Positions 18,868 through 28,234 of a DNA stretch of 64,000 nucleotides are shown here, piece after piece. Both the position numbers and the translations under genes were made by a program. The notes beneath the pieces were generated by a model that was not told the DNA's origin, did no database searches, and saw only the letters and a program-made list of their open reading frames with translations. Origin of the DNA: Gammaproteobacteria bacterium. GTDB taxonomy: Bacteria; Pseudomonadota; Gammaproteobacteria; JACKNK01. The stretch covers positions 212,835 through 276,834 of the forward strand of contig JACKNK010000001.1 in NCBI GenBank assembly GCA_024234955.1. The letters are read 5' to 3'. Numbering within the stretch: position 1 is the first letter of the stretch; each line of letters opens with the position of its first letter.

Positions 18868-19221
18868 TCAGATGACGATGTTCACGACCCAATAGGTCGC
18901 GACGAAGTACAGCAGGAACCCCACGATGACGATGACCAGGCCACCGACGAACGCGCTTCCCAGGAATCGGTCGGCCTCGATCTTGTTGTTCTGCCAGTCG
19001 GCGAAGGCCTTCACGATCTTCGAGGCGACGATCACGAACACGTAAACCCCGATCGCTATCACGGCGATGCCCAGCGCCAGCTTCATGTAGGCAACGAAGA
19101 CGGACAGGATGTCGGTTTCCGTGGCGCCGCTCGGCACCGTCGGTTTCGGAATGGCGGCATGGCCGATCTGGCCAAAGAGGGCGAGCCACATGGAAACGGC
19201 GAGGCGGGTGATTCGGGACAT
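18868..19221 (-). CDS. ICE membrane protein of the PFL_4702 family (TIGR03745-like, pilin-like). The start is taken at MSRITRL.
   Basis: 117 aa with a signal peptide and two transmembrane segments. The listed ORF extends further but overlaps the upstream genes out of context. Confidence 0.5.
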   Translation of the reverse strand: MSRITRLAVSMWLALFGQIGHAAIPKPTVPSGATETDILSVFVAYMKLALGIAVIAIGVYVFVIVASKIVKAFADWQNNKIEADRFLGSAFVGGLVIVIVGFLLYFVATYWVVNIVI

Positions 19222-19232
19222 TTCGGACTCCT

Positions 19233-19466
19233 TCAGACTGAGTAGACGATCGCGGATGCGGTGAAGAGCAGGAACAAGGCGCGCAGAAACGCGCCTTTGA
19301 ATTCGATGGGTTCGAGGCGCTGGTCGGCGAACAGCGCGTAAAGCCCCTTGATGGTCGATGCGACCCAGACCCCTACGACCGTCAACAGAAGGGCGGAGAT
19401 GGCATTGCCGAGCGTGGAAACGGGTACGCCGGCGACGGCCTCGAAGGCGGCGACGGGATCGCTCAT
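19233..19466 (-). CDS. ICE protein of the PFL_4701 family (TIGR03758-like), a small membrane protein.
   Basis: 77 aa and hydrophobic. Its position fits. Confidence 0.45.
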   Translation of the reverse strand: MSDPVAAFEAVAGVPVSTLGNAISALLLTVVGVWVASTIKGLYALFADQRLEPIEFKGAFLRALFLLFTASAIVYSV

Positions 19467-19786
19467 CGGTAGACGCCACGCAAAGGCGGGATTGCCCGGA
19501 TGCGGTTGCGCGGCACGAGCAGAAATTCCTCGATGCCGAGCCGAATGGTCCGCAGGTCATGCCGGAGTGCCGGGTAGTCCAGCTGGCTGACCGCGCCTTC
19601 ATCGGCTCGATTCGAGGCGTCGACGATCAGGTGATCGATGGCCTCCAGTTCGTGCAGGACACGGGCGAGAACTTCATCTTCCGTTTCCGCATGGACCGTC
19701 TGGTCAGTCGGTGAAGCGAGGGTGGCTGTCGAGCCGAAACCAACGGCACCAAGGACCAGCAGGTGAAGAAAGACTTTCATGGGCAT
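19463..19786 (-). CDS. Small exported ICE protein (RAQPRD-family-like).
   Basis: 107 aa with a signal peptide, MPMKVFLHLLVLGAVGFGSTATLA. Confidence 0.4.
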   Translation of the reverse strand: MPMKVFLHLLVLGAVGFGSTATLASPTDQTVHAETEDEVLARVLHELEAIDHLIVDASNRADEGAVSQLDYPALRHDLRTIRLGIEEFLLVPRNRIRAIPPLRGVYR

Positions 19787-19787
19787 C

Positions 19788-20474
19788 TCAGAGGTGCTGT
19801 TTGAAGGTCGCGGTCGTACCCCAGATCGCCAGCGCGAAGATCAGAACGAAAGGCATCACGATGAAGTTCGGATGCACGCTGACGGGCAGGGAGAGATAGA
19901 TCGCGATGGGCAGAACCAGCATCGGGTTCACCCAGCGTTTGACGTGGTGGTAAACGAAGGCCTTCTCGTTGGCGCCACCCCAACGGCGCAACTGCCGAGC
20001 CACCAGGCCGTCGACGAAGGCGACCAGCGCGAAGACCGCGAAAGCGGGCAGCGAGAGCACCATCACGGAAAGGCGTGCCGCGAAGATCTGCACCACCACG
20101 ATCGCGGCGACCAGGTAGGCGCTGATACCTTGAGTGGGCACTTCGGACACGGCGCCGTGATCGACGCCGTTCCAGTAGAACAATCCGCGGTGCAGCGAGC
20201 CGGCGATCGCTTTCGCCAGTCCGGCCGGATCGCCCACGGCATCCTGAAAGTCGCGATGCAGCCAACCGAGCTCGGTCGCAAGCATGCTCACGCTATGGGT
20301 CGCTCCCGGCTCGTCCCACCACTCGAAGGCGATCCCAAGGAGCTCAGTCAGGATGCTGAGCAGTAACGACGCCACCAAGGTGAGAATCAGAACGGTAGGA
20401 AGGCGTATCACGCCGCCGATCAAGCTAACGATCAAACCGGGGCGTTTGGCTGTTTGCGGACGTGCCGTGCTCAT
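19788..20474 (-). CDS. ICE integral membrane protein of the PFL_4697 family (TIGR03747-like). The start is taken at MSTARP.
   Basis: It has several transmembrane segments. It lies immediately downstream of traD with a 4-nt overlap. Confidence 0.5.
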   Translation of the reverse strand: MSTARPQTAKRPGLIVSLIGGVIRLPTVLILTLVASLLLSILTELLGIAFEWWDEPGATHSVSMLATELGWLHRDFQDAVGDPAGLAKAIAGSLHRGLFYWNGVDHGAVSEVPTQGISAYLVAAIVVVQIFAARLSVMVLSLPAFAVFALVAFVDGLVARQLRRWGGANEKAFVYHHVKRWVNPMLVLPIAIYLSLPVSVHPNFIVMPFVLIFALAIWGTTATFKQHL

Positions 20475-22552
20475 GCTGCCACCGCCCATGGCGCTTCACG
20501 CCGCCAAGGATCGTCGTACCAATCCTCGCCCGTGCGATATCGCGCCTTCATGTCTCGCGTAACGGCCTGGAAGTTGTCCGGCAGATCGGCGTCGGATTCG
20601 ACCAGCGGGAAGCGGAGCTTGGTCAGCTTGCCGCCCTCGAGGAGCGCGAAGGCCTGGCCCTTGGGAAGCTGAGTGAGGTCGTAGGCCGCGACCGCCGCCA
20701 CATCCTCCTGACCGACCTGGCCCATCACGCCGGAGGTGAAGTCCACGCCGGTTTCCGGGCTCGGATTGTCCTGGGCGGTCGTTCGCGTGGTGAGTTTGTC
20801 GACTTCGACCTCGGGCACCAGGTTGGTCAGGAACTCGGCGGTCTCCTGTGTCTTCACGCGCAGCATGATCAGCGTGTTGAAGTTGCCGACGATCTGACCG
20901 GCTTTGGCTTGGTCACCGATGCCGGCGAGGATGTCATCCGCCGTCTGGGTGTAGGCAACGATCTCGAAGCCGGCGCCACCGGCCTTGTTGACCATCGGGA
21001 TGAACTGATCCCCGACGAGCTCGTTGAACTCATCACCATGGATGCGTACCCGCATCCGGGTCGCCGGCAGACCGATATCCGGCAGGCCGTGGTCCAGGCC
21101 ATGCTTGTAGAAGTCGCCGGCGACCGAGGTCAGATCGGCGAACATCGAGGCGCCCACTGCGCCACCGACGACGGCATCGGAAAGGCAGTCGAGGCCGATG
21201 TAGACCGTGGCGCCCTGGCGTATCGCGGTCTTCCAATCCAGCAGCGGGCGATCGTCTCCGATGTCCTCGTAGTTCGGAGAGATGAGCTCGCCGATCCGGC
21301 CCGTGGTCAGCTTTTCCAGCAACGGCCCAAGGCTCGACACAATCTTGTCGAAGTAGGTGCGGTCGTAGCGCACCGCCGTGATCAGGCCATCGAGTACCGG
21401 GTCGTAGATCTCCTGCCGCTGGATGTACATCAGCAGGGCCACGGTGCCGTTGGCGCGCCCCTGCAACTCGCGGGGCTTGCCTTTGCCGTCCTGCAACGCT
21501 CGCTCGATGGTTACGACCGACGCTTCCCAGCCATCGGTTCCATGCTCCACCAGATACGACCGTGCGTATCGCACGAACAGCGGTTCGATGTTGGAGATGT
21601 GCCGGCGGATCAGCTGATAGGTGGGGCGCTCGGCGAGCGCGACCAGGGCCTGCGCGATGATGTTGACGAAGCGCCAGCCGAATTCCTTGAACGCGGCCGC
21701 GTTGCCGGCGCTCGGCATCGGGTCGGTCAGGCGGGTGGCCACCTCGGTGATTCGCTGGAAGTGGCCGATCGCGTTGTAACGGCAGGAGACGTCCGGATAA
21801 CCCAGATGGAAGAAGTACACCGGACGACCGGCGCGAAGGCCTTCGTAGATGGTCGTCGTGGCGAGGTCCGCATCGCCTTTCGGATCCATGACGATTGTGC
21901 AGCCGCCGGCGCGGATATCCTGGGTGACCAGGAGCTTCGCGAGCTGGCTCTTGCCGACGCGGGTGGTGCCCAGCACGAGGACGTGACCGACCCGTTCCGA
22001 CATCGGCAGATAGATGTCGGACTCATCGAGCAGACCGACGCCGTGGAGTTCCGGTTTGCCGCCGATAGGCGGATAAGGCCGAACCGGGTTCCAGGGCACG
22101 TCGCGGGAGACCAACCAGGCCACCAGGGCAAGAGCAGGCCCCTTGCCACGCCAGGCGATCTCCACCCTTCGTGCCCACTGCCAGAAGGCGCCAGGTGCCA
22201 GATAAAGGCGTGCGTCACGGCGAGCATCGCGCAGGCGCTGGGTATGCAGCCGATCCCAGGCGAAGCCGCGACCGAGATACAGGTAGCGATCGTTCACCGG
22301 CACTGTTGCGCTCGGCATCGTGAAGCGCGGCATACGCAACAGGCCGCGCTGGTATCGAATGACGGTCATGCCGTCGCGAAATCGCCAGATGGCCAACACC
22401 AGAAGTAGGCCGGCACTCGCCCAAGCGACAGAGGGTGTCAGCAGCAGGACATCCGGTGCCCACAACATGAGTACGGCGGCAGACACACTGGTCACCGCGC
22501 TAAGCAGTTCCTCGGGCGGACGTAGCAAGGCCTCGATGCGATAGGTCTTCAC
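20471..22552 (-). CDS. traD: Conjugative coupling protein TraD (VirD4-like, SXT/TOL subfamily).
   Basis: 693 aa with N-terminal transmembrane segments and a Walker A motif, VLVLGTTRVGKSQLAKLL. Confidence 0.9.
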   Translation of the reverse strand: MKTYRIEALLRPPEELLSAVTSVSAAVLMLWAPDVLLLTPSVAWASAGLLLVLAIWRFRDGMTVIRYQRGLLRMPRFTMPSATVPVNDRYLYLGRGFAWDRLHTQRLRDARRDARLYLAPGAFWQWARRVEIAWRGKGPALALVAWLVSRDVPWNPVRPYPPIGGKPELHGVGLLDESDIYLPMSERVGHVLVLGTTRVGKSQLAKLLVTQDIRAGGCTIVMDPKGDADLATTTIYEGLRAGRPVYFFHLGYPDVSCRYNAIGHFQRITEVATRLTDPMPSAGNAAAFKEFGWRFVNIIAQALVALAERPTYQLIRRHISNIEPLFVRYARSYLVEHGTDGWEASVVTIERALQDGKGKPRELQGRANGTVALLMYIQRQEIYDPVLDGLITAVRYDRTYFDKIVSSLGPLLEKLTTGRIGELISPNYEDIGDDRPLLDWKTAIRQGATVYIGLDCLSDAVVGGAVGASMFADLTSVAGDFYKHGLDHGLPDIGLPATRMRVRIHGDEFNELVGDQFIPMVNKAGGAGFEIVAYTQTADDILAGIGDQAKAGQIVGNFNTLIMLRVKTQETAEFLTNLVPEVEVDKLTTRTTAQDNPSPETGVDFTSGVMGQVGQEDVAAVAAYDLTQLPKGQAFALLEGGKLTKLRFPLVESDADLPDNFQAVTRDMKARYRTGEDWYDDPWRREAPWAVAA

Positions 22553-23085
22553 GAGCGGGCATCCCGAACGAGGCGGCGTAAGGTTTCGGCGACCCGCTCC
22601 CGGTACCGACGCTGACGATCAGCTTTGCCACTGTGATAGCGCCCGACGCCCGACCAGATGTCGTTCTCCGCGCGAACCGCGTTAGCGAGCACCCAGGCGC
22701 CGACCCGCACGTTGTGGGTGGGGTCGAGCGCCAGCCAAGCACTACCAAGCCGGTCCCGATGCCATAGCCAGGACACCTGCATGGGACCGATATCGACGTT
22801 GTCTTCACCCGATTTGAGGAATGACCGCAGCGCCAGCCAGGCCGCTTGCCGACTTGGGTAGTAGTGGCCCGTTCCAGCGACGTTCAAAGTCCAGGGCCAG
22901 GGTCGGAGGCCTTCAGCGGTCTGGCGCCCGGACTCCACCAAAGCGATCGCGTAGAGCAGGGCGGGCGCGACACGAAACTCGTCGCCGGCGTGAACGAACG
23001 CGGACGCAGAATCACTCCCGGCAGCAGGGCTCTGCATCCATGCCACCAACAGGACTGCCGCCCAGAGGCGGTGCTTAATCGCCAT
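22549..23085 (-). CDS. Lytic transglycosylase (SLT domain). The start is taken at MAIKHRLW.
   Basis: It has a signal peptide and the SLT motif LLYAIALVESG. Confidence 0.75.
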   Translation of the reverse strand: MAIKHRLWAAVLLVAWMQSPAAGSDSASAFVHAGDEFRVAPALLYAIALVESGRQTAEGLRPWPWTLNVAGTGHYYPSRQAAWLALRSFLKSGEDNVDIGPMQVSWLWHRDRLGSAWLALDPTHNVRVGAWVLANAVRAENDIWSGVGRYHSGKADRQRRYRERVAETLRRLVRDARS

Positions 23086-23389
23086 GAGCAAGCCGTTGGC
23101 TGGCATAGATCGCCAGCGTGGAGAGCAACGGATCAGTGTCGAAGTGCGCGGCGATACGCGCGACACCGTGTTTCCGTCGTTCATCGTCAGGCTTATCGAG
23201 CAGCGCCAAAGCCGCTTCGAATCCGATATCCATCCGAGGCTCCGCCGTACTGAGCACCAAGTGCTCAAAGACATCCCAAAACGCCTCCGAATCGGAGGCG
23301 ACACCTTGGACTCCAAGTGTCTGGCAAGCCAATGTGACCCACGGCTGAAACGCGGCGTGTGCCGGCGCCGGGTTTCCTCGCTTATTCAT
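23075..23389 (-). CDS. ICE protein of the PFL_4695 family (TIGR03765-like).
   Basis: About 100 aa. Its position between the PFL_4693-like gene and the transglycosylase fits. Confidence 0.4.
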   Translation of the reverse strand: MNKRGNPAPAHAAFQPWVTLACQTLGVQGVASDSEAFWDVFEHLVLSTAEPRMDIGFEAALALLDKPDDERRKHGVARIAAHFDTDPLLSTLAIYASQRLAHGD

Positions 23390-24071
23390 GTTCCGGGGCA
23401 CCGCTCAATGGATCGAGCCGAATCCAGGAGCCCCCAAGATTTCCGTACAGTCCAGGAAGATGACCGGAACGATCGTGTTGCAGGACGATCTGCCGTGACT
23501 GAACCAGCGACAGCGGAATCTGTTGCGTCGCGGCCCATTCCCGGTAGGCCTGGTCGTCGGATGCACCGCTCAAGAAGACTTCGAGCGGCGTGCCTATCCG
23601 TTTGGCCGACCCGAGAACAAGGCGAAAGGCCGCATCGTCGATGCCGAGGCGACCGTACCAGCGCCACCCCGACGCCTGGACGGCGGTTCCTTCATGGGTG
23701 ATCGCGTCGCCGTACATCGCCGAGAACGCATCGCCATACGCTCGTTCGAAGGCCAGTTCCTGTTCCAGCCGCTGGTGCTCGATCCGCGCGAGAATCTTCG
23801 CGTAGCGGGTGCGCTCAGCGTCGTCGCGTGCATGGATGCCCAACGCCGTGACGGGATCGAGGCCAGGCGACCAGGTGCCACGTGGCCCAGCCATGATTTC
23901 TTCGTAACGAACCCAATCTTCCGAAGTCAGGTTCCACTGTTCTGCCTGGACCTGGACGTCGACGGTTCGGGTATCGATGGGTGTGGTGCCCTCGATGGCA
24001 GGAGTGGCGCCAGCGGTAAACGGCAGAACCAGCAGCGCGGTCAGAACGAAGAAGAGCCGCGTTCCTGCCAA
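23382..24071 (-). CDS. Exported ICE protein of the PFL_4693 family (TIGR03759-like). A TTG or GTG start is inferred at ~24071-24086.
   Basis: After the inferred start there is a signal peptide, LAGTRLFFVLTALLVLPFTAGA. The long listed ORF 23382-24737 overlaps the upstream OmpA-like gene and is rejected for that part. Confidence 0.45.
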   Translation of the reverse strand: MAGTRLFFVLTALLVLPFTAGATPAIEGTTPIDTRTVDVQVQAEQWNLTSEDWVRYEEIMAGPRGTWSPGLDPVTALGIHARDDAERTRYAKILARIEHQRLEQELAFERAYGDAFSAMYGDAITHEGTAVQASGWRWYGRLGIDDAAFRLVLGSAKRIGTPLEVFLSGASDDQAYREWAATQQIPLSLVQSRQIVLQHDRSGHLPGLYGNLGGSWIRLDPLSGAPEHE

Positions 24072-24628
24072 ACGGTGATCGACACCGCACGCTGGTTTTT
24101 GGTCGTCTTGTGCGGAAGCCAAGTGATGCGGCTTGGCGGAGTTCCCAATCGTGTTAACGCCTGTTCGACGGCTCGCGCCCGCTGCAGGGCGATCCTTTCG
24201 TTCAGTTCGCGAGATCCGCTGGCATCCGTCATCGCTTGCAGGAAGATGCGACTCGCTTTCCTGATCCCCTCGAATTGCCCATTGATGCTTGCGGAGGCCT
24301 CCGGCGAGAGGTCGGACGACCCGGAAGCAAAGCCCACCTCGAACCGCAACGGTCTTGGGACATTGATGGACACCGTCTGCCGCCATCTCAGTTGATCGGG
24401 CACCAGCTCCTCCGGGACCGCTGCTTCGCTCCTCGCACAACGATAAAACCGACGTTCGCCCCATGGGATCGTGAGATCCGTGAGAATTCGAGCGCAACGC
24501 AAAGTCTGTGTTGCCAGCGCCTTCGGCGTGTCGATGATTCGCGGCGAGACCGCGTCCGGTGTGGGACGCTCGAACGAGGCGCACCCGGCCATGGTGACTG
24601 CGAAGCAGCAAACAAAGAGGAATCGCAT
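24041..24628 (-). CDS. OmpA/MotB-domain lipoprotein.
   Basis: It has a lipobox (TMAGCAS) and a C-terminal OmpA-like peptidoglycan-binding motif (FASGSSDL...QRARAV). Confidence 0.55.
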   Translation of the reverse strand: MRFLFVCCFAVTMAGCASFERPTPDAVSPRIIDTPKALATQTLRCARILTDLTIPWGERRFYRCARSEAAVPEELVPDQLRWRQTVSINVPRPLRFEVGFASGSSDLSPEASASINGQFEGIRKASRIFLQAMTDASGSRELNERIALQRARAVEQALTRLGTPPSRITWLPHKTTKNQRAVSITVWQERGSSSF

Positions 24629-24631
24629 TGA

Positions 24632-25360
24632 TCATTGATCGGTCGAAGTGGGGGTGAGTGAAAGTTCGCGATGGGGATCGCGTAGCGAAACGACAGTGAC
24701 GCGTTGCTGGTCGACGTCGATATCGCTGATCTTCCACTCACCAATCTGGTCCCCGACCGAAAAGGCACCGACCTGAAACCCAGCCATTTTTTCGCCACCC
24801 CACGTTCGTACCCATTGGGGGCGCTCCGGAGATGGCTGTTGCTGCCGCACCTTCGCAGCTGAACGCTGTGCGGAAAGTGCGTCACGAACCTGACGGACTT
24901 CCTCGTGAAGCAGGGCCAGGCTGCTTTCTATTCCACTGACTCGTTCACCGAGATCGACTTGGGCCTGTCGAGTCCGCTGAACGTCCTCCGCCAGAGAGAC
25001 TGTTTCATCGCGGATCGAGGAAATGCTTAGCCGATGGGCTGTATCCAACTGTTCAACCGACCGAGCGACCAGATCAATGTTCGCTTGAAGAGTGCTCGGC
25101 AAGTCATTGTTTGTAGGCGCAACCGTGTCACTTGGAACGACGGGGTTCGCAGCTATCGGCGTGTTTTCCGAAGCGGGAATCGCTGCTGCGGGAGCAGTGT
25201 TTGGCGGTGCGGTGATGGCATCGATCAGCGCGGTCTGGGTCCCAGAGACTCCCGGGCCTTCCATGGGAGCTGCGCGCCAAATGACGATGACCACAAGAGC
25301 GGCAGCGACAATGACCCCGACCGTCGTCAACGCCCAACGACGTGGCAGCCTCATAGCCAC
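24632..25360 (-). CDS. Membrane-anchored coiled-coil protein, possibly a PilM-like pilus-cluster protein.
   Basis: It has an N-terminal transmembrane segment, a Pro/Ala-rich linker and a coiled coil. It is the last gene of the pil cluster. Confidence 0.35.
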   Translation of the reverse strand: MAMRLPRRWALTTVGVIVAAALVVIVIWRAAPMEGPGVSGTQTALIDAITAPPNTAPAAAIPASENTPIAANPVVPSDTVAPTNNDLPSTLQANIDLVARSVEQLDTAHRLSISSIRDETVSLAEDVQRTRQAQVDLGERVSGIESSLALLHEEVRQVRDALSAQRSAAKVRQQQPSPERPQWVRTWGGEKMAGFQVGAFSVGDQIGEWKISDIDVDQQRVTVVSLRDPHRELSLTPTSTDQ

Positions 25361-26341
25361 TGACTCAAAAGCTCGGTGGCGACCCCGTCACGCATCAATT
25401 GCCGTGCGCATTCGTGGAGCATCGGTCGCCGTTGCCGAGTCTGGTGATAGCCCAACTGATTGATTGCCTCCGCGCCTCGCGAGAGGACGGCGCGGCACTC
25501 ATCATCGATGGCCAGCGATTCCCAGACCGGAAGCGCTCCGGCAGGCGTTCGAACAAGATGCTGCGCAACGACGCCCTGAAGGGCGCCGGGCAGCATTTCA
25601 TCCCCTTGGTCGTCCAGGCGATCCCACATCCGCTCAATCGCCTGGCGGACCGAGTCTGCATGGATGGTGGCCAACACGCGATGGCCACTCAACCCGGCGT
25701 CGATCGCGGCCGCAGCGGCTTCGGGTTCCCTGATCTCGCCAATGACGATCGTTTTGGGAAACTGCCGTAAGGCGTTACGCACACCCTCGGCGAAGGAATC
25801 GACATGTGTGCCGACTTCCCTCTGATGGATCAACGGATCCCCGTGATCGTACTCGATCGGGTGTTCGATGGTGATGGTTTTGCCCAAACAGCCCCGTGCA
25901 AGCTGTGACCGAATCACCGCCGCCATCGTCGAGGACTTGCCGGCACCGGTTGGACCGGCGAAGAGAACGAGGCCGGTACCGGAGCAAAGCGAGAGCAGCT
26001 GATCCTCTTCGAAGCCAAGGCTTTGAAGCTCCGGCATGGTGGTCGGTAGAGCACGTAAAGAAGCCGATCGTCCGTGGTGATGGCCATAGACACACGCACG
26101 CCAGCGCTGATCACCCAGATCTACGGTGAAGTCCTGATCTCCTGAATTGCTCTGCTCAGACGGCATCAGGCGTTGATACCAGTCCCGGTAAACGGACCCT
26201 TCCGGTGCTGAATATCGAATAGCCGTGACAGTGCCCTCTGCGGTCGTGACGACGGCCACGTCCCTATTGAGGTCGATGTCGGTGATGGTGTTCAGCTTGG
26301 AGCTCCGCCCATTACCGGACGCATCTGGCGAAGCTGCCATC
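25351..26341 (-). CDS. PilT/PilU-type (retraction-like) type IV pilus ATPase. The start is taken at MAASPDAS.
   Basis: It has a Walker A motif (LVLFAGPTGAGKSST) and the conserved GEIRE and His-box region. Confidence 0.75.
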
Positions 26342-26884
26342 CCACGCCTGATTGGTGAAGCCGGGCGGGCATCCCCAGGCTGGTTGGAAATAGTTCTGAC
26401 CGGCCCCGTAGTACGTCCAGGACGCCGCCTGGTCCGCACGGTTCTGCGCATTGATGGCACGAGACCGCCCATCGTTGGCCGTGCTCTGGGCGTTGATCGC
26501 ACGACTCCGGCCATCCACACCGATTGAGTACGCGCTATCAGCGCGATTCTGCGCATTGATGGCGCGATTCCGCCCATCCTGTGCGTATGCCCATGCGTTC
26601 TGCACCGTGCTATGGCCACCAATCATCTGGTTGATGGTGTTGACCTGGCCGCTGGTGAACCCAGCCGGCGTGAACTGCCGAGCAGCGTTTGCCGTCGCAG
26701 ACCGTTCGGCGACACCGCCGTTCTGGCCTACGCCGCGTCTCTGCGCGGCGCATTCCCGAAGGGTCAGGTTCTGCTCGAAACACGCCTCCCAGCCGGGCTG
26801 TTCGGCCAACAACCCATCGGACGCTGCGAAGCTGGGGGAACCGATACTGAGCAGAAGCAAGGCAAGCAGAAGTTGTCGATTCAT
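26312..26884 (-). CDS. Secreted protein carrying three tandem ~14-aa repeats, DGR(N/S)RAINAQ(N/S)(R/T)A(D/N).
   Basis: It has a signal peptide, MNRQLLLALLLLSIGSPSFAAS, and the three repeats are visible in the translation. The listed ORF begins at a TTG. Confidence 0.5.
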   Translation of the reverse strand: MNRQLLLALLLLSIGSPSFAASDGLLAEQPGWEACFEQNLTLRECAAQRRGVGQNGGVAERSATANAARQFTPAGFTSGQVNTINQMIGGHSTVQNAWAYAQDGRNRAINAQNRADSAYSIGVDGRSRAINAQSTANDGRSRAINAQNRADQAASWTYYGAGQNYFQPAWGCPPGFTNQAWDGSFARCVR

Positions 26885-26903
26885 GGCGACTCTCCAGTCG
26901 TGG

Positions 26904-27761
26904 TTAGGAACATTTCGCAATCACCGTCATGCGCACGTAGGTACTGTTGACGGCCTCAACCCCGCCGGCGCCGGTCATGACCGGATCAAACTGCCATTGG
27001 GTACCGAGATCGGTCACCGTCACGTCCATGCCGTAGATCGCGCCGGCGGACGGTAGGGAAGCGCGGCGGAAACCCGCCCAGACGGACGCAGAGGTACCGC
27101 TGGGGCAATCGGGTTTCGTGACCACCTCGCCAGGGGTCACCTCGGTCGCGAAGGTCACCGCCTCGGCGAGTGACTGGCCGGTCTGAGTCACCACGTCCTC
27201 CGGATTCACGATCGAGTTGCCGCCCATATCGAGATTCGCGGTCATCTCGCCTGTTGACCCATCACGTGCCAGGAAAGCGTCCAGCGCCGGAATCGCGGCG
27301 GGAAACGGCCAGGCGCCCGACACGGTCGAGCCTGACGTCGACGAAGCGGGCAGGGTGTTGGCGATTACGGACGCACTGGTGGAGTCGCCGGCATCGACCG
27401 AGACCGTGAACGTCCCGCTATTTCCCGTGGTGCAACTCGTCGAGTACGAGGCCCCAGTGGGGGACGCGGAGATGAAGCTGGTGATGTATCCGTCGGCATC
27501 CAGCGTGGCCACCGCGCCAGCGCAGCTGTTTCCTTCGTCAGGCCACGCACCGGCGTTGTCCAGGGTGTAGGACTGAGCGGCCTGGGCGATGTATCGCATC
27601 TGTTCGGCGGTCACGCTCTGAATCTGGCGATCGATTTCGGCAACCTCAGACAGAGCGTTAGCACCGTACCAACCGCCTAGTAGTACGGACGCAACCATCA
27701 TGGAGGCCATCAACTCCAGCAACGTGAAACCGCGCTGTTTACGACTGATGGAGATCACCAT
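26904..27761 (-). CDS. pilV: PilV-like minor pilin/adhesin with a prepilin N-terminus.
   Basis: It has the prepilin motif QRGFTLLELMASMM and a Ser/Thr-rich C-terminal domain. Confidence 0.65.
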   Translation of the reverse strand: MVISISRKQRGFTLLELMASMMVASVLLGGWYGANALSEVAEIDRQIQSVTAEQMRYIAQAAQSYTLDNAGAWPDEGNSCAGAVATLDADGYITSFISASPTGASYSTSCTTGNSGTFTVSVDAGDSTSASVIANTLPASSTSGSTVSGAWPFPAAIPALDAFLARDGSTGEMTANLDMGGNSIVNPEDVVTQTGQSLAEAVTFATEVTPGEVVTKPDCPSGTSASVWAGFRRASLPSAGAIYGMDVTVTDLGTQWQFDPVMTGAGGVEAVNSTYVRMTVIAKCS

Positions 27762-28234
27762 CGCGGGGATTCTTCGTAGAGCTGTCGAGAGTCGACCACA
27801 GAGCCAAGGTACGACCGTGAACCGTGAAACGATGAACTGGCGGTTAGCGTGGTCTGGCCATTCGTCGATGCACTCGAAACCAGAACACCACCCCTGCCGG
27901 TGAGGCTCGGAACGGTCAGCTCAATCGGGATCACGGCGCGCGCGTGACGAAATCGATTCCTCACCGCAATTTCGTAATTCCCACCCCAAGGATCGGTTGC
28001 GAAATCGGTAATCCCGATGACGCTGGGCGCGTTCCAACCGGCAAGAGGGCCGGCGCTGAGCCAATAGTCGTCCGCCGCGCTGACCAGATAGCTCAACGCG
28101 GCGACGGTCGATCGCACCTTGGCGCTCTCTTCACGGGCCTGCCAGCTCGAGCCGATAGATATCAGCGAGACGATGGCGCCCAAGACAAGGGCCAACTCCA
28201 CCAAGGTAAACCCGCGTTGGCGAAGTTCGGTCAT
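27755..28234 (-). CDS. Type IV (minor) pilin with a prepilin-type N-terminal cleavage/methylation domain.
   Basis: It has the motif RGFTLVELALVLGAIVSL. Confidence 0.65.
   Translation of the reverse strand: MTELRQRGFTLVELALVLGAIVSLISIGSSWQAREESAKVRSTVAALSYLVSAADDYWLSAGPLAGWNAPSVIGITDFATDPWGGNYEIAVRNRFRHARAVIPIELTVPSLTGRGGVLVSSASTNGQTTLTASSSFHGSRSYLGSVVDSRQLYEESPRW

Noticed and set aside
20462-22408. 648-aa plus-strand ORF antisense to traD. Similar long antisense ORFs are 23523-24395, 39988-40893, 61239-62648 and 15605-16363.
   Set aside because: Their compositions are low-complexity Arg/Gly/Ala-rich. They overlap strongly supported minus-strand genes with recognisable motifs. They are typical high-GC antisense open frames.
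23382-24737. 451-aa minus-strand ORF as listed.
   Set aside because: Its 5' two-thirds overlap the OmpA-like lipoprotein gene in another frame. Only the 3' ~690 nt encode a plausible exported PFL_4693-like protein, beginning at an internal TTG or GTG.
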